DNA of 64,000 bases from an uncultured Peptoniphilaceae bacterium (GTDB taxonomy: Bacteria > Bacillota > Clostridia > Tissierellales > Peptoniphilaceae). The position numbers were made by a program, and so were the translations under genes. How positions within the stretch are numbered: position 1 is the first letter of the stretch; each line of letters begins with the position of its first letter. The notes below the pieces were generated by a model. The model ran no database searches, had not been told where the DNA came from, and saw only the letters and a list, made by a program, of their open reading frames with translations. Location of the stretch: NCBI GenBank assembly GCA_943912255.1, contig CALTTP010000001.1:127356-191355 (forward strand), read 5' to 3'. Below, piece by piece: positions 31,437 through 41,380 of the stretch.

Positions 31437-33149
31437 ATGAATGGCAAGAAAAAAATCCTTGCATTATCCATGGCTGCAATGATGCTATTTGTTACAGCAT
31501 GTGGAAATGGAGGGAAAAACACTGACGCTTCCAATTCTGGAAACGTTAACAGCAGTGGAGAATCTGCACAAACTCAAGACGGTGGAAAGCAATATTTGAA
31601 CTCATTATTAAATGCGGAACCAGCTACATTAGACGCACAAAAAGGTTCTGACCTATATGGTAATACTGTAATAAACAATATTACCGAACCTCTTTTAAGA
31701 ATGGCAGAAAAGGACGATGGGTCAAATGAACTTATTCCAGCCGCTGCTGAAAGTTATGAAGTATCAGAAGATGGTTTAACTTACACTTTTAAACTAAGAG
31801 AAGGAATGAAGTGGGAAGATGGACAACCACTTACTGCTAAGGACTTTGAATATGGTATAAGAAGGGTTGCAGATCCTGCTACAGGTTCTGAATCTGCATT
31901 CTTACTTGCGCCAATCAAAAACTTTAACAAAATAAACTCTTCAAAAGGGGAAGTCAACTTAGATGAACTTGGAGTTAAAGCTGTAGATGACAGTACTTTA
32001 GAAGTAACTTTAGAAGCTCCAACAGTATATTTCCCAACATTGGTACCATTTAGAGTAATGTTACCAGCAAGAGCTGATATCATTGAAAAATATGGTGAAA
32101 AGTATGGTTCTGAAGCAGACACAGTATTATCCTGTGGACCTTTCAAATTAGTTGAGTGGACTCACAACTCAAGACTTACTCTTGAAAAAAACAATGAATA
32201 TTGGGATGCTGAAAACGTTAAATTAGAAACTGTTAATCTACCTATAATGACTGACACAAACACAGTTATGAACTCATTCTCAGTAGGAGAGGTAGATGTA
32301 GTAAGAACCAATATTCCTGAGTGGGTAACAAAATTTGAAGGCATGGATGAAGTTAAATTTAAGAAGGTTGACCTTCCATCAATCGACTACCTTTCTGTTA
32401 ACCATAAAGATGATTTAATGAAAAATGAAAAGATTAGAACTGCTATTAACTTAGCCGTTGATAGAGAAGGTCTTGCTAAGACTTTATCAGAAGGATTTGT
32501 AGTGCCTTCTCAAGGTTGGACTCCAAATGGTATTCAACTAGATGGTAAGGAATATAGAAAAGAAATTGGTGACTCATTCAAAGACCTTAAAGAAGCTAAT
32601 AAGGACTTAAAGGCACTATTTATAGAAGGTATGAAGGAACTAGGACTTGGTGAAGATCCAGCTTCCCTTGACATTACCATCATACACACAAACAGTCCAA
32701 GAGTTAAGATGATTAACGAATTTGTTCAACAGTCAATCAATACAAAACTTGGAACAAATGTAAAACTAGAAACTATGGAATGGCCAATACTTTCTGGTAG
32801 AGTTCAAAAAGGTGACTACCAATTGGCATACCTTGCATGGACAGCTGACTACAACGATCCATCTGCAATGTTATCACTATTTACATCAGCAGCAGCTGCA
32901 GTTAACACTGGATGGGAAAGTGCTGACTATGACAAGATAATCACTGAAGCTTCTCAAGAAAAAGATAGTCAAAAAGCTATGGAACTATATAAAGAAGCGG
33001 ATAAGATGATAGTTGATGAATCAGTAGTTATTCCTCTAATAGGGGCAAGTACAAATCAATATCATTATGATTTTGTTAAAGGAATTAAGTATAGCGAATT
33101 TACAACAACAGGCTATAAAACTATTGATACTTCTGAAAGACAAAAATAA
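31437..33149 (+). CDS. oppA: Oligopeptide-binding lipoprotein, paralog 2 (solo SBP)
   Basis: Lipobox FVTAC. About 75% identical to paralog 1 over most of its length. Own promoter with extended -10 TGgTATAAT. Confidence 0.9.
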   Translation: MNGKKKILALSMAAMMLFVTACGNGGKNTDASNSGNVNSSGESAQTQDGGKQYLNSLLNAEPATLDAQKGSDLYGNTVINNITEPLLRMAEKDDGSNELIPAAAESYEVSEDGLTYTFKLREGMKWEDGQPLTAKDFEYGIRRVADPATGSESAFLLAPIKNFNKINSSKGEVNLDELGVKAVDDSTLEVTLEAPTVYFPTLVPFRVMLPARADIIEKYGEKYGSEADTVLSCGPFKLVEWTHNSRLTLEKNNEYWDAENVKLETVNLPIMTDTNTVMNSFSVGEVDVVRTNIPEWVTKFEGMDEVKFKKVDLPSIDYLSVNHKDDLMKNEKIRTAINLAVDREGLAKTLSEGFVVPSQGWTPNGIQLDGKEYRKEIGDSFKDLKEANKDLKALFIEGMKELGLGEDPASLDITIIHTNSPRVKMINEFVQQSINTKLGTNVKLETMEWPILSGRVQKGDYQLAYLAWTADYNDPSAMLSLFTSAAAAVNTGWESADYDKIITEASQEKDSQKAMELYKEADKMIVDESVVIPLIGASTNQYHYDFVKGIKYSEFTTTGYKTIDTSERQK

Positions 33150-33165
33150 AACTTCATAAGAATAA

Positions 33166-33208
33166 ATAAGAACTAAAGAAGAAGGTGGCTTTGCCTATCT
33201 TCTTTTTT
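33166..33208 (+). terminator. Rho-independent terminator after oppA paralog 2
   Basis: aagaagaagg...cctatcttctt bulged stem followed by TTTTTT. Confidence 0.6.
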
Positions 33209-33735
33209 AGTGGGGTTAAGGGGTACTGGTGAGTTTAAAAATTAAAAAGAAGAAAATGGTTGAATATTGTAATTTGCAAATTAAAAAACGATGTGCTATA
33301 TTCAAGTCGGATTAGAAATAAAAGATAAATAAACTTTAAGACTTCATAAAGAAGGAATTGAAACTACAAATATATTAAAAGAGGAGTAATTTAAAACTCC
33401 AGCCAGAAATTAATAAATTCTTAAGGGAGAATTTTTTATTATTACTACTGTAAATTGGGAATAATTATAAGATCTTTGTGAATAAAATAGGGAAGATAAT
33501 ATAAACTAGGTAACCTTTTATTTGGTATAAGTTTTAGGTTAAAAACCTTAATAATTTGAACGGTATAATGTCCTTTATCTAAGTCCAGTGGTAATAAGTC
33601 AAGTAAAACTTAAAAAAAGTTAAAAATTACAAACGTTGAAAACATCAAATTTGTAAATTTTTACTACTTAAAATTGGACACAGCAAACAGACCTGTTAAA
33701 ACCTAAAATTTTAACAGGTTAGATAAAAAAACAAT

Positions 33736-34976
33736 TTAATATTTACTTGTGTAGAGACGATTGTTTTTCAATAAAGAAAAAATCAATCGCACTAACTTTC
33801 TGGCAGTTAAAACGAGTGCTCTTTTATGAGGAGACTTAGGAGTCTCATTGTATTTTTTAGAATAGAAAGCTTTTATATCAGGCTCATGCAAGCGAATTAG
33901 ATTAGTAGCTTCTAATAAATAGTACTTTAAATATCTGTTACCAGATTGAATACCAGGAGTATTGTCTGACTTAAAGCTACCAGATTGGTTTTCATTCCAT
34001 GACAAACCACAGTATTTAGCCAAAGCAGCTTGGTTTTTAAACCTATTGATATCACCAATCTCTGCTAAAATTCCAGCAGCATAAACAGGGCCTACACCAG
34101 GTATTGACTTTAAGATTTGATAAGCATTTAAAGCTTTAACTTGCTTTGTAATCACTTTGTCAAGCTCTTTAAGTTGTTTTTCAAAATATCTAATAGTAAG
34201 AGTTTGAAAAGAAAGGGCTTGATTAACAGAATCTTGAACAAGTTTAGGAAGCCTATAGGAAGATCTTGCAGCTTTTTGAATTTCCTTACCAAGAGCTTTA
34301 GGATCTTTAAAATGATTTTTACTCTTTTCAATTAGAAAATTTGTGAGTGATTCAACATCCTCATATGCTATCTCATCAACAGAGTAATATTCATTTATAA
34401 GTTCAATACAAGTATTACCAAAAGTATTGGAAAAAAGCTTATCATCAGAAGATTGAAGCTGAGAAAGAGTAGAGAACTTTAAAAACAAAGTATTAAGAAA
34501 TCTATTCTTTTCTCTAGCTAAATCATTAGAATATTGGTATCGTAAACGTGTTAATTGCATCAAAGCGTAGTAAATTTCATCCATAATAGTTCCTTTCTGA
34601 CCGATACGACCAAAGCGTAAACAATCAGCAATGACAAAAGCATCAATAGCATCATTTTTAGGAATCTCTGGATAAGAATCTTTGAACTTTTTAACCTGTT
34701 TAGCATTTAAAACATGAATAGATTTTAAATTATGAGGAATTTCATTAGTTTCTCTTAAAAACATAGCTAGATGTTCCTCATATTTTCCAGTAGATTCTAA
34801 ACCAAAATAGAAAAAAGCATTGTCTGAAAGTTTACAAACTTTATCTAAAAGTTGTTTAGAACCAAAGAGGAATTTCTAAAAGAACTATTAAAAACCTTAG
34901 AACCATCAGAGTTCATAACACAAACAGAGTTTGAAGATTTACTAACATCGATGCCGATGTAGAAAGTATGAAGCAT
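33736..34976 (-). pseudogene. IS110-family transposase/recombinase interrupted by a frameshift near its 5' end
   Basis: ATG at 34976 (RBS GGAGGTG) opens MLHTFYIGIDVSKSSNSVCVMNSDGSKVF..., the typical IS110 N-terminus with the first catalytic Asp. This frame stops at 34845. The remaining 342 codons (...FGLESTGKYEEHLAMFLRE...IPGVGPVYAAGILAEIGDINRF...) are open in a different frame from 34875 to 33736. The shift lies within 34845-34875. Confidence 0.75.
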
Positions 34977-34989
34977 ATATTTCACCTCC

Positions 34990-35260
34990 AATAATAATAT
35001 TTAGATAGGAGATTACAAAATTAATGCCCTGAACACTTTCGCATCAACACCCTCGCAATACGAATCTACTAACAGTCTAAATGCATGAACTCTACTGCCA
35101 AGAGAAATAGATCAGTTAGAAACAACCAGTGGTTCGAAGATAACTGAAAGGTCATGGGAACTGACTTTAAAAGTAGCCTCTACGCCTAGGCGTAGACCTA
35201 CAAGGAGGAACAGAACAAACCGTAATGACCTTATCTATTAAGATAATCATACTACACAGA
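34990..35260 (-). ncRNA. Candidate IS110 bridge (seek) RNA encoded in the non-coding 5' arm of the element
   Basis: No ORF in the arm. Local GC is higher than the flanking DNA. An 18-nt perfect palindrome TCTACGCCTAGGCGTAGA (35179-35196) and further stems are present. The position, upstream of the recombinase on the same strand, matches that of IS110-group bridge RNAs. Confidence 0.3.
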
Positions 35261-35325
35261 GCATTAATTTGTAACTAACAACAAGTTTTTTATACTTGTT
35301 AAATCTATTATACGAGGAGGGTTAA

Positions 35326-35931
35326 ATGAAGAACAAAAAGGAATATGTAATTCTTATTTTAATTGTCACTTTTGCACTATCAACATTCTATATCTATAAT
35401 TATAGAAATAAGGATGAAATTGAAGTTTTCCTAACTGTAAAGAATGAAACTGAAGAAAAGATTGATTCTGTGGGGGTTTTGATTGATAATAAAATTCTTT
35501 TAAATAGGACAAATGGAGAATTGTTTTATTTTCCTAAAGAGATAGTTAAAACACTTGAGGATACCTCGTTAATTGTAATTCTTAAAAATGGTGAAGTTTC
35601 TAGGTCCGGGAAATTTTCAACGGTGGATAATAAAGAGGTGACAGTCCAAGGTATAGAAGAAGGTAAAGTAAATTTAAATATTGAAACCCTTAAAGATGAT
35701 AGGAGGTTTAACCTTCCTAATATAGATAATTGGAAGGTAAAGGTTGAAGGTAGAAATATTACTGGGGAATTTAAGTCTGATACGGATTTGAATTATACTT
35801 TATATCTATTAGGAAAAGGTGGACATTTAGGAATATCTGACAAGAACACTAAGGGTGATTTAGCTACAGCTAGCTGGGAGAAACCTAGAAAGAAATTGGA
35901 TAGCTGGATTTTATTTGAGGAGTCTAAGTAA
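35326..35931 (+). CDS. Hypothetical membrane-anchored/secreted protein
   Basis: 201 aa, RBS GAGGAGGG, N-terminal signal-anchor, beta-rich remainder. No recognisable motif. Confidence 0.5.
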   Translation: MKNKKEYVILILIVTFALSTFYIYNYRNKDEIEVFLTVKNETEEKIDSVGVLIDNKILLNRTNGELFYFPKEIVKTLEDTSLIVILKNGEVSRSGKFSTVDNKEVTVQGIEEGKVNLNIETLKDDRRFNLPNIDNWKVKVEGRNITGEFKSDTDLNYTLYLLGKGGHLGISDKNTKGDLATASWEKPRKKLDSWILFEESK

Positions 35932-36214
35932 GGTTAATAATATATTTAGGAATATAAACGGAGTAGATCATTATAAGATTTTAAATATGTTCCTTTTTGA
36001 AGCTTAGTCTTAAATTGTTAAAGTTAATTTTAGATGAAAACCTTTTAAAAGTTTAGGAAAATACTTTCATTTTATTTGAAATGTGATATAATTTACTTAA
36101 GTGATTGGTGTATATCAGTATTACATATGATTTTGTAGCTGAGTTTTATTATTAAATGAATAATAAACGATTTCATATGGCAATCACTATATTATGTTCA
36201 TAGGAGGATATATA

Positions 36215-37924
36215 ATGACAAGCAAGAAAAAAATTCTTTCTCTACTCCTTGTAATGGTAATACTTGTAGTAACGGCATGTGGTGGTGGAGAGAAGAAGGC
36301 TACTGATGGTGGTAACGTTAACAATCCAGAAACTACTGAAGAGGTTGGTAATGCAAATGCTGAGGGACAGTATTATAATGCTCTTTTAAATGCTGAACCA
36401 AATACCTTTGATGCTCAAAAGGGTTCTGATTTATATGGAAACACTATTATAAACAATATCAATGAACCTTTGCTTAGAATGGGTGAAAAGGAAGATGGTA
36501 CTAATGAAATTTTACCAGCAGCTGCGGAAAAATATGAGGTTTCCGATGATGGGTTAGTTTATACTTTCCATTTGAGAGAAGGTTTGAAGTGGGAAGATGG
36601 GCAACCTCTTACTGCTAAGGATTATGAATATGGTATTAAGAGATCTGTAGATCCTGCAACTGGTTCAGAGTCAGCCTTTTTACTAGATCCTATTAAAAAC
36701 TTTGCTAAGTTAAATGGATCAGAAGGGGAAGTTAATATGGATGAATTAGGAGTCAAGGCTTTAGATGATAAGACTCTTGAAGTTACTCTTGAAAATCCAG
36801 CTGCATATTTTCCAACTTTAGTGCCTTTTAGAGTTATGCTTCCTTGTAGAGCAGATTTAGTGGAAAAATATGCTGAAAAGTACGGAGCTGAAGCGGACAC
36901 TGTACTATCCTGTGGACCTTTTAAGGTTTCTGAATGGACTCATAATTCCAGAATTACTCTTGTGAAAAATGAAGAATACTGGGATAAGGATTCTGTTAAA
37001 CTTGAAACAGTAAACTTACCTATTATGACTGATACAAACACTGTTATGAACTCTTTCCAAGTCGGAGAGGTAGATGCGGTTAGAACTAACCTTGCAGAAT
37101 GGGTTTCTAAGTTTAAGGAGATGGAAGGTGTAGAAAATAAGGAGATTCAAATTCCTTCTGTTAACTATTTGGCTGTTAATCACAGTGATGAATACCTTAA
37201 AAACGATAAAATAAGATTAGCTATTTCTCTTGCAATTGACAAACAAGGTCTTGCAGACCTAATAGCTAAGGGAATTCAAAAGCCAGCTACTGGTTGGGTA
37301 CCAGGTGGTATGGAATTGGACGGAACGGACTTTAGAAAAGACGCTGGAGACACCTATGAAAAGCTTAGGGAAGAAAATAAGGACTTAAAAGCTCTATTCA
37401 TTGAAGGGTTAAAGGAAATTGGAAAGGGAGAAGACCCTGCTCAAGCTGACATTACATTAATCTATACCAATACGCCTATTGTTAAGCAAAACTGTGAATT
37501 TATTCAACAATCTCTTAACTCAACTCTAGGAACAAATATTAAGTTAGAGACAATGGAATGGCCTATACTTTCTGGAAGAATCCAAAAAGCAGATTATCAA
37601 TTGGGATATTTAGCATGGACTGCAGACTACAATGACCCTTCAGCTATGTTGACATTGTTTATGTCTACTGCCAATGCGGTAAACACCAAGTGGAAAGATG
37701 AAAAATATGATGAGTTGATTAGAGATGCTATTAAGGCAGAAGATCCTAAGGATTCCTTAGAGAAATACAAAGAAGCTGAACAGATGATATCCGATCAAAC
37801 TGTTGTTATTCCATTAACTCATACTGGTTCTTTACAGTTCTACTATGACTATATTAAGGGAATACCTTTCAACGACTTTACAACAACTGGTTTTAAAACT
37901 ATAGATACTTCTGCTAGAAAATAG
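36215..37924 (+). CDS. oppA: Oligopeptide-binding lipoprotein, paralog 3 (solo SBP)
   Basis: ATG 36215 with RBS GGAGGA; the track starts at 36194. Lipobox VVTAC. Homologous to paralogs 1 and 2. Confidence 0.9.
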   Translation: MTSKKKILSLLLVMVILVVTACGGGEKKATDGGNVNNPETTEEVGNANAEGQYYNALLNAEPNTFDAQKGSDLYGNTIINNINEPLLRMGEKEDGTNEILPAAAEKYEVSDDGLVYTFHLREGLKWEDGQPLTAKDYEYGIKRSVDPATGSESAFLLDPIKNFAKLNGSEGEVNMDELGVKALDDKTLEVTLENPAAYFPTLVPFRVMLPCRADLVEKYAEKYGAEADTVLSCGPFKVSEWTHNSRITLVKNEEYWDKDSVKLETVNLPIMTDTNTVMNSFQVGEVDAVRTNLAEWVSKFKEMEGVENKEIQIPSVNYLAVNHSDEYLKNDKIRLAISLAIDKQGLADLIAKGIQKPATGWVPGGMELDGTDFRKDAGDTYEKLREENKDLKALFIEGLKEIGKGEDPAQADITLIYTNTPIVKQNCEFIQQSLNSTLGTNIKLETMEWPILSGRIQKADYQLGYLAWTADYNDPSAMLTLFMSTANAVNTKWKDEKYDELIRDAIKAEDPKDSLEKYKEAEQMISDQTVVIPLTHTGSLQFYYDYIKGIPFNDFTTTGFKTIDTSARK

Positions 37925-37957
37925 TCGGAAGTTCTAGATAGAATATAAATAAGATTT

Positions 37958-37990
37958 AAAGGGAGATGATTGATGACTTCATCTCCTTTT
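37958..37990 (+). terminator. Rho-independent terminator after oppA paralog 3
   Basis: aaagggagatga...tcatctccttt stem followed by TAAATTTCT. Confidence 0.6.
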
Positions 37991-38085
37991 AAATTTCTAT
38001 AATTCTTACAATATTCTTACAATTGGAAAAAGCCCCTTATCCATACTTTAACTGTGATATTATATTAGTATAGTAAGGAGGATTT

Positions 38086-40650
38086 ATGGAAAAGATAAAA
38101 GAATTTTATAAAAAGTATAAGAATTATATAAGAACGATTTTGGTTGTTTTTATTTTGGTCTTAACCACATATATAATAAGAAAAGAGATTAAGGGCATTG
38201 AAATAGGTGAGATAAAAGCTCTTATGAAAGATACTGACTTAAAGGCTAAGTTGTTTTTCATATTCTTTGGTTTGTTCTGCTTTTCTTTTGCAACGATTTA
38301 TGACTTTCTTTTAGCTAGGTATTATAAGATGGAGATTCCATTTAAAGAGGTTTTTAAAATAGGGTGGATTTCTCAGTCTTTTAATAACTTTATTGGATTT
38401 GGCGGGGTAGCAGGACTGACCATTAGGGAACTTATGTATGACAAATACAAGGTTGATAAGAAGGTAGTCAATAGAATTTTGTTTATTGTGCTATTTTCTG
38501 ATATGATAGGTCTTTTTTCCCTAGGACTACCATCAGCAGTTGGTTTAATCCAAAGACAAAACTATACTTTAGTGCCAGTGCTAATTTTGATGTTTCTTTT
38601 AGTTATTGCCTTTATATTTATAGATAAGCTACCATTTAAGAGACTCTTTGAGGATGAGAGTTCTATTTTTGTTAAGGCTCAAAGGAAGCTTAGAGTTTAT
38701 ATAACCTTACAATCTACTTTTGAATGGGCTCTGGCAGCATTGTTTTTTGCTTTCACCATAAAATATTATGAGAATAGCATCTCTGTATTGACAGCATGTA
38801 CTGTCTATGTAATAGCTACCATTGTAGGAATTATTTCTTTAATTCCAGGAGGTCTTGGATCCTTTGAAGCTTGTTGTATTTTAGTTTTTAACATGATGGG
38901 ATACAATACTCCAAATATTGTATTATCTCTCTTAATATGTAGAATTTGCTATACAATTATACCTTGGATTTTTGGACTTATTTTACTTATTATATCCACT
39001 AAAGGACAGGCAGATAAGAGTGATATTAAGAAGCAGAACTATATTAGTACGGTTTTATCCTATTCGGTTTTAGCTACTGGAGGAATAATTGTGGCATCTA
39101 TGCTAGTTCCTAGACTATTTATTAGGTTTAAGCTTATTTCAAAACTGTTTCCAAACTACATGCTACTTCTTAATAAGAGGTTTACCTTAATATGTGGACT
39201 GTCATTAATGGCTCTTTCCACAGGAATAAAGAATAGGGTAAGAATAGCTCATAGAATGGTTATTATCCTTTTGATTATTATTTCAACCTTGTATATGGTT
39301 GTTGGAAAGGGATATTTGGAGACTTTTATCTGTATAGTTTTAATATTGGGGCTATATGTAAATAAGGATTATTTTGATGGTCTAGCGGAAAGTATTTCTA
39401 TTAAGAAGTTTTTTAGAGGAGCTATTATCATTTTCCTATTATTTTCCATAGGAATCATGGTTTATAATTTTAGGCATAGGGTTAATTTCTTCTATGGAAT
39501 GGAAAAATTTAGCTATAACTTTATAAAAAACAACTTAAGTCATGTGCTTTTTGCTCCAATAATAACTCTGTCCATCTATTCCATTATCTTAAGTGTGGAA
39601 AGAAAGTATATGGAATTTGAACCTATTAACAAAGAAGATGTGGAGAGATTTGAATGGTTTTTTGAAAGATATCCCTATGTAGCAAATACCCATTCTTTTT
39701 ATATGAAGGATAAGAATATATTTTTCAATGAAAAAAATACGGTGATGTTTTTATATAGGCCTTATAAGGACAAATTATTTGTTTTGGGAGATCCTACTGG
39801 AAATCCTAATGATTTTGAAGATGCAATGGATGAGTTTATTAAGATGGCTTCTAAAAATAGAATGGATGTAGTATTCTTTCAAGTTACTGGAAAATATCTT
39901 GAAGCTTTTATAAATCAAGGTTTTTCTCTTTTAAAATTAGGAGAGGATGCTCTTGTGGATTTAGATAGTTTTTCTCTGTCTGGTAAAAAATTTAAAATTC
40001 TAAGACGGACTTTAAATTCTATGGAAACTTTAAATCTAAGATTTAAAATTATAGAACCTCCTTTTTCTAAGGAGTTTATGGAAGAATTGAAAGAAATTTC
40101 TGACCAGTGGTTAGGAAATCGTAGGGAGATGCAGTTTTCTTTGGGAGCCTTTAAGGAGGATTATCTTCAAAAAGCACCGATTTTTATAATAGAAGATGAT
40201 GAAAGAATATATGCTTTTGCAAATATGTTTCCTCTTAAAGGTACTAAGACCATTTCCATAGACTTGATGAGGCAGATAGATGATGGGCCTCCTGGTCTTA
40301 TGGATATGATGTTTTTAAGTATAATAACTTGGGCAAAAGAAGAAGGCTATGAGAAGTTTGACCTGGGAGTAGCTCCTCTATCAAATGTGGGAAATAAGAT
40401 TTATTCTTCGGGAAAGGAAAAAACTGTAAAACTAGCTTATAAGTATGGAAATAAAATATACGGTTTTCAAGGTCTAAGAAAGTTTAAGAATAAGTATACT
40501 CCTGATTGGAATTCGGTTTTCTTAGCATATAAAGATGATTTCCAATTGCCAGATACTTTAATAAAATTAGTTAACGTTGCTTATGGATATGGAAATGAAA
40601 AAGAGACCAGTTATTTTGAAGAATTTAAAAGAGATATAGAAAGGAGTTAA
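38086..40650 (+). CDS. mprF: Bifunctional lysyl-phosphatidylglycerol synthase/flippase MprF
   Basis: 854 aa. N-terminal roughly 500 aa with about 14 TM segments. C-terminal cytoplasmic domain of the aminoacyl-PG synthase family. Confidence 0.8.
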   Translation: MEKIKEFYKKYKNYIRTILVVFILVLTTYIIRKEIKGIEIGEIKALMKDTDLKAKLFFIFFGLFCFSFATIYDFLLARYYKMEIPFKEVFKIGWISQSFNNFIGFGGVAGLTIRELMYDKYKVDKKVVNRILFIVLFSDMIGLFSLGLPSAVGLIQRQNYTLVPVLILMFLLVIAFIFIDKLPFKRLFEDESSIFVKAQRKLRVYITLQSTFEWALAALFFAFTIKYYENSISVLTACTVYVIATIVGIISLIPGGLGSFEACCILVFNMMGYNTPNIVLSLLICRICYTIIPWIFGLILLIISTKGQADKSDIKKQNYISTVLSYSVLATGGIIVASMLVPRLFIRFKLISKLFPNYMLLLNKRFTLICGLSLMALSTGIKNRVRIAHRMVIILLIIISTLYMVVGKGYLETFICIVLILGLYVNKDYFDGLAESISIKKFFRGAIIIFLLFSIGIMVYNFRHRVNFFYGMEKFSYNFIKNNLSHVLFAPIITLSIYSIILSVERKYMEFEPINKEDVERFEWFFERYPYVANTHSFYMKDKNIFFNEKNTVMFLYRPYKDKLFVLGDPTGNPNDFEDAMDEFIKMASKNRMDVVFFQVTGKYLEAFINQGFSLLKLGEDALVDLDSFSLSGKKFKILRRTLNSMETLNLRFKIIEPPFSKEFMEELKEISDQWLGNRREMQFSLGAFKEDYLQKAPIFIIEDDERIYAFANMFPLKGTKTISIDLMRQIDDGPPGLMDMMFLSIITWAKEEGYEKFDLGVAPLSNVGNKIYSSGKEKTVKLAYKYGNKIYGFQGLRKFKNKYTPDWNSVFLAYKDDFQLPDTLIKLVNVAYGYGNEKETSYFEEFKRDIERS

Positions 40651-40651
40651 G

Positions 40652-41359
40652 ATGATTTTAAAGATACCTGTACTACCAGAGTCTGGTATTATGGATGAAA
40701 ATATTAAAAGAATAATTTCTGAAATAGAAAAGTCTGATGATATTGACCTTTTACTTTTTAATGAAGGTTTTATTCAGGGTTTTGATTCTATTTCTTTTGA
40801 ATATAAAGAAGATGTAGATATGACTCTATTTCAGAATTCAAAGGAAATTGTTAGTATTAAACAAGCCATGGCCAATAGGGATTTGGCTTTAGGCTTTGGT
40901 TATTATGAAAACCATAAGGGAGGGATATACTCTTCTTATATGGTAATTGGAACAGGCGGTGAAGAAGGGTTCAACTATAGAGCCCTATCTTCCAATTGGA
41001 AAAATGAAAAGGCCTGTGCTGATTATCGAGAAGGGGAAAGATTGTACAGCTATGGTTTAAAAGGCAAGGAAATCGGAATAGTAATGGGAGAAGATTTCAT
41101 TGATGAAGGTCTACTACCTCAACTGGTAGAAATGGATGCTAAAGTGGATTTATTTTATTGGTCTTATCCTATGGATTTTGAAGATTGTTCTATTGTAGAA
41201 GAAGATTATTTAAAGGTTTCTCAAATACTTGATAAGCCAATACTTTTTAGTAGTTTAGCAAATAAGGGTAAAAAGGGAAAGTTTCAAATTCTTTTACATG
41301 GAAAGATAATAAAAGAAGATTTGGTAGAATTAGGGGAAAGCTACCTTTTTGGTCTTTAA
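40652..41359 (+). CDS. Hypothetical protein translationally coupled to mprF; weak carbon-nitrogen-hydrolase-like pattern lacking the catalytic Lys/Cys
   Basis: Start lies 2 nt after the mprF stop. LLLFNEGF resembles the CN-hydrolase Glu motif, but the Lys and Cys positions are not conserved. 235 aa. Confidence 0.45.
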   Translation: MILKIPVLPESGIMDENIKRIISEIEKSDDIDLLLFNEGFIQGFDSISFEYKEDVDMTLFQNSKEIVSIKQAMANRDLALGFGYYENHKGGIYSSYMVIGTGGEEGFNYRALSSNWKNEKACADYREGERLYSYGLKGKEIGIVMGEDFIDEGLLPQLVEMDAKVDLFYWSYPMDFEDCSIVEEDYLKVSQILDKPILFSSLANKGKKGKFQILLHGKIIKEDLVELGESYLFGL

Positions 41360-41380
41360 TAAAATGGTAGGAAAAAGTTT

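Larger units (their letters stand above)
33690..35260 (-). mobile_element. IS110-family insertion sequence (approximate boundaries)
   Basis: Contains an IS110-type DEDD/HhH recombinase gene. The 5' (upstream) arm is a roughly 270-bp non-coding region of raised GC with perfect palindromes. A hairpin lies just 3' of the gene. No terminal inverted repeats, as is usual for IS110. Confidence 0.65.
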
